DNA of 64,000 nucleotides from the NCBI GenBank assembly GCA_025210735.1, contig JAOARD010000032.1:5345-69344 (forward strand). Reading direction: 5' to 3'. The notes beneath the pieces are model-generated. The model was not told where the DNA came from. It saw only the letters and a program-made list of their open reading frames with translations, and did no database searches. How positions within the stretch are numbered: the first letter of the stretch is position 1; every line of letters begins with the position of its first letter. This document shows, in pieces, positions 1 to 11,057 of this stretch. The DNA is from Bacteroidales bacterium. Lineage in GTDB: Bacteria; Bacteroidota; Bacteroidia; Bacteroidales; UBA6680. A program made the position numbers and the translations under genes.

Positions 1-623
1 ATAACTGTTTCGTCATTACTATCGGTCATGCTGTATTTTAGTCGGCATGGTTGTCCGCACTCTCCTCTGTTGGCGCTTCGTTTACCAATGTGGTGACTCA
101 TATAGCACTGTCCGGAGTACGATACACACAATGCACCGTGTATGAAGTATTCAAGCTCTATATCTGTATTTGCAGATATCTCTTTTATATTATCTATGCT
201 TAACTCTCTTGCCAGTACAGCTCTCTGCAAGCCTTTCTGATCAAAGAATTTTATCTTATTTATATCTGTATTGTGTGTTTGTGTGCTTGCGTGTATAGCA
301 ACAGGAGGTAGTTTCATCTCCATAATTGCCATATCCTGAATTATTATTGCATCAACACCAATGTTGTATAGTTCATGAATTAGTGCCTCGGCTCTCTCAA
401 TATCGCTATCGTAAAGTATTGTATTTATTGTAACAAATACCTTAGATCTGTATATATGTGCATATTCAGTAAGTTCTTTAATATCGTCTAAACTGTTGCC
501 TGCTGCACTGCGTGCACCAAATTCCTGCGATCCTATATATACAGCATCTGCACCACAATCAATTGCAGCTTTTCCGCATTCCAGATTTTTTGCCGGAGCT
601 AATAACTCTAATTCAACACTCAT
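1..623 (-). CDS. U32 family peptidase / RNA hydroxylation protein (5' part, runs off window)
   Basis: Manual translation from ATG at 623: MSVELELLAPAKNLECGKAAIDCGADAVYIG...ELEYFIHGALCVSYSGQC...RSANRGECGQPCR, the U32 Fe-S cysteine motifs. Absent from the ORF track because it is truncated. Confidence 0.9.
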   Translation of the reverse strand, partial: MSVELELLAPAKNLECGKAAIDCGADAVYIGSQEFGARSAAGNSLDDIKELTEYAHIYRSKVFVTINTILYDSDIERAEALIHELYNIGVDAIIIQDMAIMEMKLPPVAIHASTQTHNTDINKIKFFDQKGLQRAVLARELSIDNIKEISANTDIELEYFIHGALCVSYSGQCYMSHHIGKRSANRGECGQPCRLKYSMTDSNDETV

Positions 624-810
624 TTGTTTCCAAATTTTTTCAAATATAGTGAGAAAAGTATATTGTGTACAGGTTGAAGCACTATTTAAAGGTGTGATGA
701 GTGAAATGTTGACTAGTGAACTGTAATTTGTGATAAATTGAATAGTTGTGTATGTTGTTTCTGTCGTTTTGATATGTTAACTTTATTGTTGCATATATAA
801 TGTACGTGTT

Positions 811-1440
811 ATGGATATTATAGAGAAACTTAAATGGCGTTATGCCGTTAAGGAGTTTAATACAAACCGGCATATTACGGTAAACCACGAGCAGACACTT
901 CGCGAATCGATATTACTTACGCCTTCGTCGTACGGATTACAGCCATACAGAGTAGTATGGATTAAGGATGAGGAGTTACGTAAAACTCTTGTTCCGCATT
1001 CATTTAATCAGGATAAGGTTGCTAAGTCAAACATACTTGCAGTTATATGTTCAGAGACAAAGTTAGACGATGCCTATGTTGACAACTATATAGAGCGGAT
1101 AGGAGAGGTGCGCAATATTCCTGTTGAGGAACTTAAAAGTGTTGCAGATAATATGAAACGTACCCTTAACAATATGAGTGCTCAGGCAAGACGTAATTGG
1201 GCAGGCAGACAGGCGTATATTGCTTTGGGCAATTTACTTACTGTGGCAGCAGTTATAAATATAGACGCATGCCCAATGGAGGGATTTGTTAAAAAGGAGT
1301 ATGATAAGATATTAGAGCTTGATAAATATGGTTTGAGATCGGAAGTGATTGTTACGTTAGGATTCAGATCGGCAAATGACAGATATCAATTTAATGCGAA
1401 GGTTCGTAAAAAGGAGAGTGCCTTTTTTATAGATTTATAG
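811..1440 (+). CDS. NAD(P)H-dependent nitroreductase family protein
   Basis: WRYAVKEF, LTPSSYGLQP and DACPMEGF nitroreductase motifs. Confidence 0.9.
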   Translation: MDIIEKLKWRYAVKEFNTNRHITVNHEQTLRESILLTPSSYGLQPYRVVWIKDEELRKTLVPHSFNQDKVAKSNILAVICSETKLDDAYVDNYIERIGEVRNIPVEELKSVADNMKRTLNNMSAQARRNWAGRQAYIALGNLLTVAAVINIDACPMEGFVKKEYDKILELDKYGLRSEVIVTLGFRSANDRYQFNAKVRKKESAFFIDL

Positions 1441-1535
1441 TTACTTACGGTTCTTCGGAGAGCCGTGGTTTAAATAATCATACTATATTCCCGGAGATAT
1501 GATTAAAGAGTTGTACAGATTAAAAATATGCAGAT

Positions 1536-1877
1536 ATGAGCGTTTCATTAAGATTCAGAAGGTGCCCGAATTGTGGAGCAGGGTTGAGTATTAAGGATAT
1601 ATTGTCTGTGTATCTGTTATTCCCTGTTAAGTGCCGTAGCTGCGGTAGTACCGTTATTCCTCACAAACGTATTTATCCGTTTGCATCGTTACTGCTTTTG
1701 TTATTTCTATTTACACTGATGTTAAGGGTTGGTGTTCCTGCCATTTATGATATAGATAGTACCCTTGTAAGGGTAATCTTGTTTTTGGGGGAGTTATCTG
1801 TCCTCACATTATTTATATCTTATCTGTTTAACTGTTTTGTTCCGCTTGTAATAAAAACTGAAAACAAGAAGAATTAA
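1536..1877 (+). CDS. Zinc-ribbon (CxxC-x19-CxxC) membrane protein
   Basis: CPNC...CRSC followed by two hydrophobic helices. Confidence 0.55.
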   Translation: MSVSLRFRRCPNCGAGLSIKDILSVYLLFPVKCRSCGSTVIPHKRIYPFASLLLLLFLFTLMLRVGVPAIYDIDSTLVRVILFLGELSVLTLFISYLFNCFVPLVIKTENKKN

Positions 1878-1956
1878 TACAATATAGATTTATTAATACT
1901 GCTTCTATTTCTGTTCATCATATTTCAGATAAGTGAATTATAGTAACTATTGATAT

Positions 1957-1985
1957 AAAAAAAGAGGACAGAAACCTGTCCTCTT
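1957..1985 (-). terminator. Intrinsic terminator of the infC-rpmI-rplT unit
   Basis: AAGAGGACAG/CTGTCCTCTT stem with an A7 run (U7 on the minus strand) just downstream of rplT. Confidence 0.8.
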
Positions 1986-2024
1986 AGTGCACTTATTTAA
2001 TTTGTTTATTGTATTCTAAGCTAA

Positions 2025-2369
2025 TTACTTTACTTTATTTACAATCTCTTTGAAAGCAGCAGGATTGTTCATAGCTAGATCCGCAAGAGTTTTACGGTTA
2101 AGCTCAATACCAGCTTTTTTCATTTTACCCATAAATTCAGAGTAAGACATACCTTCAAGACGAGCTGCAGCATTAATACGCTGAATCCAAAGCTTACGGA
2201 ATTGAATTTTCTTCTTCTTTCTGTCGCGGTAAGCGTAAGTCAAACCTTTTTCAAGGCTGTTTTTTGCTACAGTTAGTACATTTTTTCTTGCACCAAACTG
2301 ACCTTTCGTCTGCTTAAGTACCTTTTTTCTTCTTGCACGAGATGCAACTGTGTTTACTGATCTTGGCAT
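2025..2369 (-). CDS. rplT: 50S ribosomal protein L20
   Basis: [19 protein letters not shown]...[14 protein letters not shown]. Confidence 0.98.
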   Translation of the reverse strand: MPRSVNTVASRARRKKVLKQTKGQFGARKNVLTVAKNSLEKGLTYAYRDRKKKKIQFRKLWIQRINAAARLEGMSYSEFMGKMKKAGIELNRKTLADLAMNNPAAFKEIVNKVK

Positions 2370-2386
2370 TTCTTCTAAAAGTTTAT

Positions 2387-2436
2387 GAATGAATAGCGTT
2401 CCACTCCAGTTGGAATCTTGTACTGCTATTTCACTC
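2387..2436 (-). promoter_or_regulatory. Candidate L20 autoregulatory leader hairpin
   Basis: Minus strand GAGTGAAATAGC...TTCCA-ACTGGAG-TGGAA...GCTATTCATTC nested stem, 17 nt upstream of the rplT ATG. Confidence 0.45.
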
Positions 2437-2475
2437 GGTTAAAAAATTGTGTTATACTAAAATTGTATAACGATT

Positions 2476-2673
2476 TTACTTCATACAAAGTAACAACTTA
2501 GCGTTACTCTCATCAGCCTTATGTACTTCACCGAAGTATGTAAGGTTTCTTTTTCTCTTTGTAGATTTTTTTGTCAAGATATGGCTTTTATAAGCATGTT
2601 TTCTCTTGATTTTTCCGCTTCCAGTCAAAGTAAATCTCTTCTTTGCGCTGGAATTTGTTTTCATTTTTGGCAT
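2476..2673 (-). CDS. rpmI: 50S ribosomal protein L35
   Basis: [14 protein letters not shown]...HILTKK. Confidence 0.98.
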   Translation of the reverse strand: MPKMKTNSSAKKRFTLTGSGKIKRKHAYKSHILTKKSTKRKRNLTYFGEVHKADESNAKLLLCMK

Positions 2674-2715
2674 TCTTCTTCTTTTTTATAGGTTCTTATA
2701 AATAAAAATAAGTGC

Positions 2716-3288
2716 TTATTTCTTTTTAATAGCCTTAGGAGCAATGAACATAGTCATACGTTTTCCTTCAAGTTTAGGCATGCTCTCTACCTTACCTACC
2801 TCTTCAAGAAGCTGAGCAAAGCGTAATAAAAGTATCTCGCCTTTCTCTTTAAACAGAATTGTTCTTCCTTTAAAGAATACATAAGCTTTTACTTTAGCAC
2901 CTTCCTCAAGGAATTTCTCAGCATGCTTTAACTTAAAGTTAAAATCATGATCATCTGTATTTGGTCCAAATCTAATTTCTTTAATAACAACTTTAGAAGC
3001 TTTAGCCTTAAGCTCTTTCTGCTTCTTCTTTTGTTGATAAAGGAACTTTTGATAATCAACAACCCTACAAACAGGCGGGTTTGCCGATGGAGATATCTCC
3101 ACCAAATCCATCTCTAAATCTTCAGCAATTTTTCTTGCTTCATCAAGATTATAGATTCCGGGATTTTCAACGTTATCCCCTACGATACGAACTACCTGAG
3201 CTCTGATTTTATCGTTTATCTTATGTTGAGCTTGTGGCTCCGGCTGTGGGAAACGTCCTCTTGGGCGTCTTCTAATTGGTCCAGCTAT
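2716..3288 (-). CDS. infC: Translation initiation factor IF-3, extended to a non-canonical ATA start
   Basis: The frame stays open upstream of the tracked ATG ([16 protein letters not shown]) to ATA at 3288, 8 nt after AGGAGG (3297-3302); 190 aa. Confidence 0.9.
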   Translation of the reverse strand: MAGPIRRRPRGRFPQPEPQAQHKINDKIRAQVVRIVGDNVENPGIYNLDEARKIAEDLEMDLVEISPSANPPVCRVVDYQKFLYQQKKKQKELKAKASKVVIKEIRFGPNTDDHDFNFKLKHAEKFLEEGAKVKAYVFFKGRTILFKEKGEILLLRFAQLLEEVGKVESMPKLEGKRMTMFIAPKAIKKK

Positions 3289-3345
3289 GACTTTGTCCTC
3301 CTAATTAAATTAAACTTATCTTTTCTAAAATTTGCAGCAAATATA

Positions 3346-5295
3346 TTAATTTTCTTTTACTTCAATGAGTTTTTTCACCTCTTCTTGTATATAAGATGTA
3401 AAACTTTCAACAGTCATTGCGCCTAAATCGCCTTCTCCCTGTTTTCTAACAGAAACAGTACCTTCATTTTGCTCTTTTTCGCCAACAATTAGAAGATACG
3501 GAATTTTTTTCAATTCGTTGTCACGAATTTTCTTTCCAATCTTCTCGTTTCTGTCATCAACAATACATCTTACATCGTTTGAGCCGAATGTTTCAGCAAT
3601 CTTGTGTGCATACTCATTATACTTTTCGCTGATAGGTAGAATAACTGCCTGATCAGGAGTAAGCCATAATGGGAACTTACCAGAAGTATGCTCAATAAGT
3701 ACAGCCACAAAACGCTCCATCGATCCAAATGGTGCTCGGTGAATCATAATTGGTCTGTGCTTTTTATCGTCAGTTCCGGTATACTCAAGCTCAAATCTTT
3801 CCGGTAGGTTGTAATCTACCTGAATTGTACCAAGCTGCCATGATCTGCCAAGTGCATCTTTAACCATAAAGTCAAGCTTTGGTCCGTAGAATGCAGCTTC
3901 GCCATACTCAACAACTGTCTCAAGACCCTTCTCAGCAGTAGCTTCAATAATAGCTCTCTCTGCTTTGTCCCAGTTCTCTTCAGTACCAATATATTTATCT
4001 CTGTTAACCTTATCTCTTAACGATATCTGTGTAACAAAGTTCTCAAAGTTAAGCGTTCTGAATATGTAAAGTACAATATCAATAACCTTCTTAAACTCAT
4101 CTTTAAGCTGATCCGGACGGCAGAAGATGTGTGCATCGTCCTGAGTAAATCCTCTTACCCTTGTTAAACCATGTAGCTCACCACTCTGCTCGTATCTGTA
4201 TACAGTACCAAACTCAGCAAAACGTACAGGAAGATCTTTGTATGATCTTGGCTTAGCCTTAAATATCTCGCAGTGGTGCGGACAGTTCATTGGTTTAAGA
4301 AGGAACTCTTCGCCCTCAGCAGGTGTATTTATTGGCTGGAATGAGTCTTCGCCATACTTTGCATAGTGACCAGAAGTAACATAAAGCTCTTTCTGTCCGA
4401 TATGCGGAGTGATTACTGGCTCATAACCATATCTTTTCTGTACAGTCTTAAGGAAGTTCTCAAGACGCTCTCTAAGCATTGCTCCTTTTGGTAACCATAA
4501 CGGAAGCCCCTGACCAACACGTTGCGAGAATGTAAACAATTCAAGCTCTTTACCAATCTTACGGTGATCTCTCTTCTTAGCCTCTTCAAGCATAACAAGA
4601 TACTCTTCAAGAAACTTCTGTTTTGGGAATGAGATACCATAAACACGTGTAAGCTGCTTGTTTTTCTCATCGCCTCTCCAGTATGCACCGGCAATACTCA
4701 TAAGCTTAATAGCTTTAATGTATGAAGTATCTGGTAGGTGAGGTCCGCGACAAAGATCTGTAAAATTACCTTGTTTGTAAAGGGTAATAGTACCATCTTC
4801 AAGCTCACTGATAAGCTCAAGCTTATACTGATCATCCTTCTCAGTAAAGTAGTTCAGAGCCTCTTGTTTTGATATATCTTCTCTTGTGTATTTGTTTTTA
4901 AGTCTGGCAAGCTCAATCATCTTCTTTTCAATTGCCTGCAAGTCTTTTTCAACAATAACCTTTCCTTCCGGAAGGTCTACATCATAATAAAAACCATTCT
5001 CAATGCTTGGTCCAATACCAAGTTTTACGCCAGGGTAAATAGCCTCCAGTGCCTCGGCCATAAGGTGTGCCGAAGAGTGCCAGAATGCATGTTTTCCTTC
5101 TACATCGTTCCAGGTATTAAGCTTAATGGTGGCATCAGTAGTGATAGGACGCGTCAAATCATAAACTTCATCGTTTACCGTTATTGACAGTACATCTTTA
5201 GCAAGTCTGTTACTTATGCTTCGAGCAATCTCTAATCCGTTTACACCGGACTCATACTCTCTAACACTCTGATCCGGTAGTGTAATCTTAATCAT
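3346..5295 (-). CDS. thrS: Threonine--tRNA ligase
   Basis: TGS domain, [28 protein letters not shown]; canonical position upstream of infC. Confidence 0.98.
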   Translation of the reverse strand: MIKITLPDQSVREYESGVNGLEIARSISNRLAKDVLSITVNDEVYDLTRPITTDATIKLNTWNDVEGKHAFWHSSAHLMAEALEAIYPGVKLGIGPSIENGFYYDVDLPEGKVIVEKDLQAIEKKMIELARLKNKYTREDISKQEALNYFTEKDDQYKLELISELEDGTITLYKQGNFTDLCRGPHLPDTSYIKAIKLMSIAGAYWRGDEKNKQLTRVYGISFPKQKFLEEYLVMLEEAKKRDHRKIGKELELFTFSQRVGQGLPLWLPKGAMLRERLENFLKTVQKRYGYEPVITPHIGQKELYVTSGHYAKYGEDSFQPINTPAEGEEFLLKPMNCPHHCEIFKAKPRSYKDLPVRFAEFGTVYRYEQSGELHGLTRVRGFTQDDAHIFCRPDQLKDEFKKVIDIVLYIFRTLNFENFVTQISLRDKVNRDKYIGTEENWDKAERAIIEATAEKGLETVVEYGEAAFYGPKLDFMVKDALGRSWQLGTIQVDYNLPERFELEYTGTDDKKHRPIMIHRAPFGSMERFVAVLIEHTSGKFPLWLTPDQAVILPISEKYNEYAHKIAETFGSNDVRCIVDDRNEKIGKKIRDNELKKIPYLLIVGEKEQNEGTVSVRKQGEGDLGAMTVESFTSYIQEEVKKLIEVKEN

Positions 5296-5577
5296 ACTAT
5301 ATGCCAGTTAAAATTTTTTTCTTCGTAACCGCAAAGATAGTTATAATATTATAATAATATACCCTATTATGCTATTTGTGGGTATTTGCAGTAAATTTTA
5401 TTCTGTATCTCCGTTATCTGTTCATTTTAACTGTTTGGCATCATTGTTATTTACTACAGCAGTAAAAAAGCATGTAAGCTGTAATTTGTAAGGATATATT
5501 TCACACAATTGATTTAGAATTATAAATTTGTTTCTTTATTAATGAGCAAACAACTATTAACATTATAACTATTAATT

Positions 5578-7749
5578 ATGAGGAAGATTTTATCTCTACT
5601 GATGATTAGTGCTGTCTGCTTTACAGCAATAGCACAAGGGGGTAAGCGTATTACCCTTGAAGATATCTATAAGAAGGGAACGTTCAGAGCCAAATCTGTA
5701 TATGGTTTGAGATCGATGAATGATGGCGAACATTATACTGTTGTTGATCGTGGTACAACAATAAAGATGTTTGATTACGCTACCGGTAAAAAGGAGTTTA
5801 CAATTATGGGTGCTGAGATTCTTAAGAAGGCGAATCTTAAGAATTTTGCAGATTACTCATTCTCATCTGATGAGTCTAAGATTTTGATATCTACAGATGT
5901 TAAACCTATTTACCGACGCTCATATACAGCTGAGTATTATGTTTACTATAGAAATACCAGAGAGCTTAAAAAGCTTAGCGATAACGGAGCACAGATGGCT
6001 GCAACATTCTCGCCTGATGGAAAAAAGGTGGCGTTTGTACGAAAAAACAACATCTTTGTAAAGGATCTTGGATCAGGAAAAGAGATTCAGGTTACAGCAG
6101 ACGGTAAATTTAACCATATTATTAATGGTGCCTGCGATTGGGTATACGAAGAGGAGTTCGGTTTTGCAAAGGCATTCTTCTGGTCGCCTGAGGGTGATAA
6201 TATAGCGTTCTACAGATTTGATGAGAGCAGAGTTAAGGAGTTTGAAATGATGGAGTATAAAGGAGCATTGTACCCTAAAGCTTATCGTTTTAAATATCCA
6301 AAAGCAGGAGAGGATAATTCAATAGTATCAATACATGTATATAATCTTGCATCGGGTAAGACTACAGAGATGAATACAGGAGAGGAGACAAATCAGTATA
6401 TCTCTCGTATTAAGTGGTCGGCAGTACCGGGTGAACTTGCTATGATTCGTCAGAACAGATTGCAGAACAATGTAGAGATTATGCTTGCAAATGCTGCAAC
6501 AGGAGAGTCAAGAGTTTTATATAAGGAGACAAATAAGCGTTATATTACAGAGGTAACAGATAACTATGTTACATTTCTGCCGGAGAATAAGCAGTTTATT
6601 ATAACAAGTGAGCAGGACGGATGGAATCATGTGTATCTGTACGGCGCTGATGGTAAGAAGATACGTCAGCTTACAAAAGGTGAGTGGGATGTAACAGACT
6701 TTATTGGTTACGATCCGGCTAAGAAGCAGGTGTATTATGAGTGTGCACGTATATCGCCAATGACTCGTGATATATACAGAGTGCGTTTGAATGGTAAAAG
6801 AGATACAAGACTTACCAAGAAGCAGGGAAAGAACAGCGCTGTATTTAGTAAAGGGTTTAAGTATTACATAAATTATCACTCTACGCTAAACAGCCCTAAC
6901 TATATATCGTTGTTTAACAAAAAAGGTGCTGAGATAAGAGTGCTTGAAGATAATAGTGCACTTAAGGCTAAGCTGACAAAATATCCGAATCTGAAGAGAG
7001 AGTTTATTAATATTGTTACAGAGGATGGCATTGATCTTAACGCATGGATACTTAAGCCTCACGATTTTGATGCATCTAAGCAATATCCGGTTCTTATGAC
7101 ACAGTATAGCGGACCTAACTCACAGCAGGTGCTAGACAGATTTGAGTACGGATGGTATCACTACCTTGCACAAGAGGGGTATATTGTTGTTTGTGTTGAT
7201 CCGAGAGGTACCGGAGCACGTGGCGAGGAGTTCAGAAAGATGACCTACGGACAGCTTGGTAAATATGAAGTTCAGGATCAGATTGGCGCAGCACGTTATT
7301 TGAGTAATCTGTCGTATGTAGATGGTAGCAGAATTGGTATCTGGGGATGGAGTTATGGTGGATTTATGTCATCGGCTTGTCTGTTTAAGGGTAACGATAT
7401 TTTTAAGGCAGCTATTGCTGTTGCTCCTGTAATTAACTGGCGTTATTACGATAGTGTTTACACTGAGCGTTATATGGGACTACCACAAGATAATGCTTCG
7501 GGATATGATGATAACTCACCAATTAACCTTGTAGATGGCTTTAAAACAGGTAAGTATCTGCTTATTCACGGAACAGGTGACGACAATGTACATGTTCAGA
7601 ATGCATGGGCGCTTGTAGAGAAACTGGTTCAGAAGAACAAACAGTTTGAGATGCAGTTTTATCCTGATCGTAATCATGGTATTTACGGAGGAAATACCAG
7701 AATACATCTTTATAAGAGAATGTCGGATTTTGTTTTTAACAATCTATAA
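5578..7749 (+). CDS. Dipeptidyl peptidase IV (S9B)
   Basis: Signal peptide, DWVYEEE, GWSYGG, DDNVH, NHGI catalytic motifs. Confidence 0.95.
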   Translation: MRKILSLLMISAVCFTAIAQGGKRITLEDIYKKGTFRAKSVYGLRSMNDGEHYTVVDRGTTIKMFDYATGKKEFTIMGAEILKKANLKNFADYSFSSDESKILISTDVKPIYRRSYTAEYYVYYRNTRELKKLSDNGAQMAATFSPDGKKVAFVRKNNIFVKDLGSGKEIQVTADGKFNHIINGACDWVYEEEFGFAKAFFWSPEGDNIAFYRFDESRVKEFEMMEYKGALYPKAYRFKYPKAGEDNSIVSIHVYNLASGKTTEMNTGEETNQYISRIKWSAVPGELAMIRQNRLQNNVEIMLANAATGESRVLYKETNKRYITEVTDNYVTFLPENKQFIITSEQDGWNHVYLYGADGKKIRQLTKGEWDVTDFIGYDPAKKQVYYECARISPMTRDIYRVRLNGKRDTRLTKKQGKNSAVFSKGFKYYINYHSTLNSPNYISLFNKKGAEIRVLEDNSALKAKLTKYPNLKREFINIVTEDGIDLNAWILKPHDFDASKQYPVLMTQYSGPNSQQVLDRFEYGWYHYLAQEGYIVVCVDPRGTGARGEEFRKMTYGQLGKYEVQDQIGAARYLSNLSYVDGSRIGIWGWSYGGFMSSACLFKGNDIFKAAIAVAPVINWRYYDSVYTERYMGLPQDNASGYDDNSPINLVDGFKTGKYLLIHGTGDDNVHVQNAWALVEKLVQKNKQFEMQFYPDRNHGIYGGNTRIHLYKRMSDFVFNNL

Positions 7750-7753
7750 TAAT

Positions 7754-7781
7754 AAAAAAAGCGGCCTTGGCCGCTTTTTTT
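7754..7781. terminator. Bidirectional intrinsic terminator
   Basis: A7-GCGGCC-TT-GGCCGC-T7 between convergent genes. Confidence 0.85.
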
Positions 7782-7792
7782 GTCTTATGAAT

Positions 7793-9331
7793 TTAGGATA
7801 ATATTTTATCCAGCTCAGTTTTTATTAAATCACCTTCAGGACCCGGCGCTTTTTTATTGTATAACTTACCTGTTTTATCAAATATCAGATATCTTGGTAT
7901 GGTTTTTACATTCAGCTTTTTTAATAGTTTTGAGTTTTTACTGTTTGTAACAATATAGTTCTGGCAACCATCATTAAGATCCTCTTTGTTTATTGCATCT
8001 CTCCATGGTTTGTCTTTATCGCCAAGAGCCAGATAGATGAAAGCTATATCTCTGTTTTTGTATGTCTCTCTTAATTTCTTAGCGAATGGCATTGCATTTC
8101 GGCAAGGTTTGCACCAACTTGCCCAGAAGTCTATATATACAACTTTACCTCTGTTGTTGTTTAGTATATCTTTTAATGTTAGTTTTTCACCATTTAACGA
8201 TTCAAGATGCAGCCCTGAATAATCTGTATCAGACAGAGGAGTATCTTTTGACTGTAGTTTGGCTATGTAGGTTGTATCGTTTGTAACAGACAGGTATTTT
8301 CCGGTATAATCATTTGCATCTACATCTGAGAAACAGTCATAAATATCTTTTAAATATCTGGTAAGAAGAAACTGTTTTGTTTTAGGAGGTATACTCTCTT
8401 CTGATGATATATTATCGAATATTGTTCTGAAATCTCTGCAGATACCGCAACCTGCTTTTACTATTTTAACATTATCTCTGCCGGATTCTATAACTGAGTA
8501 GCTATTTACGAAATCTTTATATGAGATAAAAGATAATTGATTGTCGTTAAGTTCCTTTCTGTATGCTGTTAAAAAAGAATCTCTTTTAGTACTGTTCTTG
8601 CGATCTGTTTCTGCGAATACCTTATAATTCAGCTTTAACTCCTTATAGCGTAATTGCTTTTTCAGATAGTTGTAGTATTCTGAATCCATCTGTTCTGTAT
8701 TTTTTAAAGATATAATGGCTGTTGCGAATGAGTTAATGTATTTTCTGTAACTATCAATAGCGTCTGTAAACGATACGTAGTGAGATTCCTCTTCATCGGT
8801 AAGATTGCCATATTTTTCATTACGCCAACTAAGCATCATATAGTACACTGATGATATATAGTTGAGTGCATCGGTATTAAAACACGATGTGCGATCAGGA
8901 AATGTTTTATTAATATTATACAGATATGTTAGTTTGTTACTTGTTTTACTTGTTAAAGTAGGATATGACAAGGTATCGTAACTAACCACAACAGTATCAC
9001 CTCTTTTAATAAGATAGTATATATGGTCAATACATCGGTAATTATGTTTAATCTCAATATATTTGCGACTATCTCTGCCAATTATTAGTGTATCTGTATC
9101 TTTAACAGGAAAGTAATCAATGTTTATATTTGAGCTGTCTGTATAACTGATATACTCCTTTTTTTTAATCTCAGTAATTGTTTTACCGTTGTTATCTGTT
9201 AATTTATTCTGATCTACAGGGTTTTTAAATATTATTATAGTATCTCCTTGTTGTTTGGTGTTCTCTCTGTTACATGATGTAAATGCAAATAATGCTAACA
9301 GAGTAATAATAAAATAGAATTTTTGTTTCAT
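7793..9331 (-). CDS. TlpA-family thiol-disulfide oxidoreductase lipoprotein
   Basis: Lipobox FTSC; C-terminal DFWASWCKPC and TIPRY. Confidence 0.85.
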   Translation of the reverse strand: MKQKFYFIITLLALFAFTSCNRENTKQQGDTIIIFKNPVDQNKLTDNNGKTITEIKKKEYISYTDSSNINIDYFPVKDTDTLIIGRDSRKYIEIKHNYRCIDHIYYLIKRGDTVVVSYDTLSYPTLTSKTSNKLTYLYNINKTFPDRTSCFNTDALNYISSVYYMMLSWRNEKYGNLTDEEESHYVSFTDAIDSYRKYINSFATAIISLKNTEQMDSEYYNYLKKQLRYKELKLNYKVFAETDRKNSTKRDSFLTAYRKELNDNQLSFISYKDFVNSYSVIESGRDNVKIVKAGCGICRDFRTIFDNISSEESIPPKTKQFLLTRYLKDIYDCFSDVDANDYTGKYLSVTNDTTYIAKLQSKDTPLSDTDYSGLHLESLNGEKLTLKDILNNNRGKVVYIDFWASWCKPCRNAMPFAKKLRETYKNRDIAFIYLALGDKDKPWRDAINKEDLNDGCQNYIVTNSKNSKLLKKLNVKTIPRYLIFDKTGKLYNKKAPGPEGDLIKTELDKILS

Positions 9332-9430
9332 ATGTCTAAATTTGTTTTTTAAAGGTCATATGGAACTCGCATAATTTAGTCATTCCTGTGTGTGAGAAAA
9401 GCCCTTACTCATGCTTCGTTTCATCTGTTT
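9332..9430 (-). repeat. ~90-nt hairpin element, copy A
   Basis: Minus strand AAACAGATGAAACGAAGCATGAG...ATGCGAGTTCCATATG...AAACAAATTTAGACAT-ATG. Confidence 0.85.
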
Positions 9431-9583
9431 AATATAATTTTTAGTTGCTATACATAACATGCAGGTTTGATTTTATCAGTTGAGAAGGGGGATTCTGTTT
9501 ATATCAAACTGCATTACGTTTAGATGATGCTAAAAATATATAAATAATATTAGAAACTGATCTGTTAGCTCGTAAATATAAGT

Positions 9584-9955
9584 TTAGCGAGGCAGTTCAC
9601 CACTTCTGTATATGTCCCACATATTGTTCAAAAAACTGTTTCGCTGACCTGATATAAAGTTCTTCGCAATAAGTTTAAAGTCGTCTGATACATATGCTGC
9701 AAGATCGCAATTCAGGGTAATATCATATACCTCATTAAAAGCTATCTGTTCTATCTCGTTTATATCATCAATATCAAATTTGTACTTCTGTGTATATGTG
9801 GTAATATCGTTTTTTGCAATTAACCATCTGTCTTCAAAATCGGGATTGTCTCTATAGTCAAGATAATCGTCGTAATCGTGATTCTGCCATTTCAGGGTCT
9901 TTATAAGCAGGTTTATGTTGCAAATCTCCTCTTTTAATTTAGTAAGGTTTTCCAT
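9584..9955 (-). CDS. Hypothetical acidic protein
   Basis: 123-aa ORF with AAACAG-ATG start context. Confidence 0.6.
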   Translation of the reverse strand: MENLTKLKEEICNINLLIKTLKWQNHDYDDYLDYRDNPDFEDRWLIAKNDITTYTQKYKFDIDDINEIEQIAFNEVYDITLNCDLAAYVSDDFKLIAKNFISGQRNSFLNNMWDIYRSGELPR

Positions 9956-10373
9956 CTGTTTAGAATTTTTAATCTCTTAAGTTGTATATGCACAAAAAAC
10001 AGTTCTTCTTAAAGTAAGAGTGGTTTGGCATTTTGGCTTAAATGGCACTACAGAATTATCTGTAGTGTTTTAATTAGTATAGTGTAATATGAATTAAAAG
10101 TATCCATTTTGAGATTAAAAACAGAGGTCGTATTTATTACTATTTATCTATCGATAAAGGTAATATTAACTATATGGAGTAGAGTGTTGTTATTTATTGT
10201 GCTGAAATTTAAAATCTTGGTTGTAAGATGCCATTGTTGTTGGTTATGGGTTGTGTAGTGTTGTTGTAGGGCAGAGGTAAAGAAGATGTTTATTTTTAGC
10301 TGTGTTAATATAGTAGAGTATTTAACAGATATAAAAGAGGATTAAGATCCCCTTTTATATAAATCAGGTATAA

Positions 10374-10811
10374 TTATTTTTCAGATTTTATATCCAGAGG
10401 GGTTTCAATACTTGCTACTAATTCGCCATTCTTATCTACATATTTATGAACCATAGTAACACCTTTATCCGTAAATATTTCTAATCCGGGATTAGCTTTT
10501 ATTTTCTCTAAGAGTAAGGGTTTCATTGATGATTTAAAAAAGTCAACATCAATAGAGTCTCTATGCAAATTAATAAGACTATAGTTGTACTGAAATATCC
10601 TTCCCTCAAGTATTACTGTATTGTTTAATCTTGTTTCTTTATCCACCTCCATAGGACAGAGTTCATTAACCTCGTTTGAAGCTTGTTTTAGAATATCGTC
10701 AAATGATTGTGGTGCAAAAACAACCAATTTCATAAAAAGGGTTATACCTATAGTTGTTACTATACCGATTATGGCACCATAAATCTTTTTACTGTTCTTC
10801 TCTTTTTCCAT
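10374..10811 (-). CDS. Membrane-anchored hypothetical protein
   Basis: N-terminal TM helix, NELCPMEVDKETRL motif. Confidence 0.65.
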   Translation of the reverse strand: MEKEKNSKKIYGAIIGIVTTIGITLFMKLVVFAPQSFDDILKQASNEVNELCPMEVDKETRLNNTVILEGRIFQYNYSLINLHRDSIDVDFFKSSMKPLLLEKIKANPGLEIFTDKGVTMVHKYVDKNGELVASIETPLDIKSEK

Positions 10812-10871
10812 ACTATTTTATATAAATTGATTTTGTTCTGAGTTAAATCTTGTACCTATAGTTTAATATTA

Positions 10872-11057
10872 TTAACGCGTTTTATTGTCTTTCCACTCTT
10901 TCTCACAATCAAAGCAGTAGTAACTTTTTTTGAATAGAGGTAGTGGAAGTCCCAATAGGAATATAGATAGTAGTGTAGCATAGCCTGCCTGTTTTTTCTT
11001 AACTACATTATCTGAACCACAGTATTTGCAGGTTAGTTCGTTGTTATTTTTCGACAT
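10872..11057 (-). CDS. Small zinc-ribbon membrane protein
   Basis: CKYC...hydrophobic segment...CFDC; 1-nt overlap with the upstream ORF. Confidence 0.65.
   Translation of the reverse strand: MSKNNNELTCKYCGSDNVVKKKQAGYATLLSIFLLGLPLPLFKKSYYCFDCEKEWKDNKTR

Noticed and set aside
496-888. Short ORFs 496-726 and 682-888, and the many other short tracked ORFs overlapping long genes
   Set aside because: They overlap well-supported genes on the opposite strand or in another frame and lack motifs.
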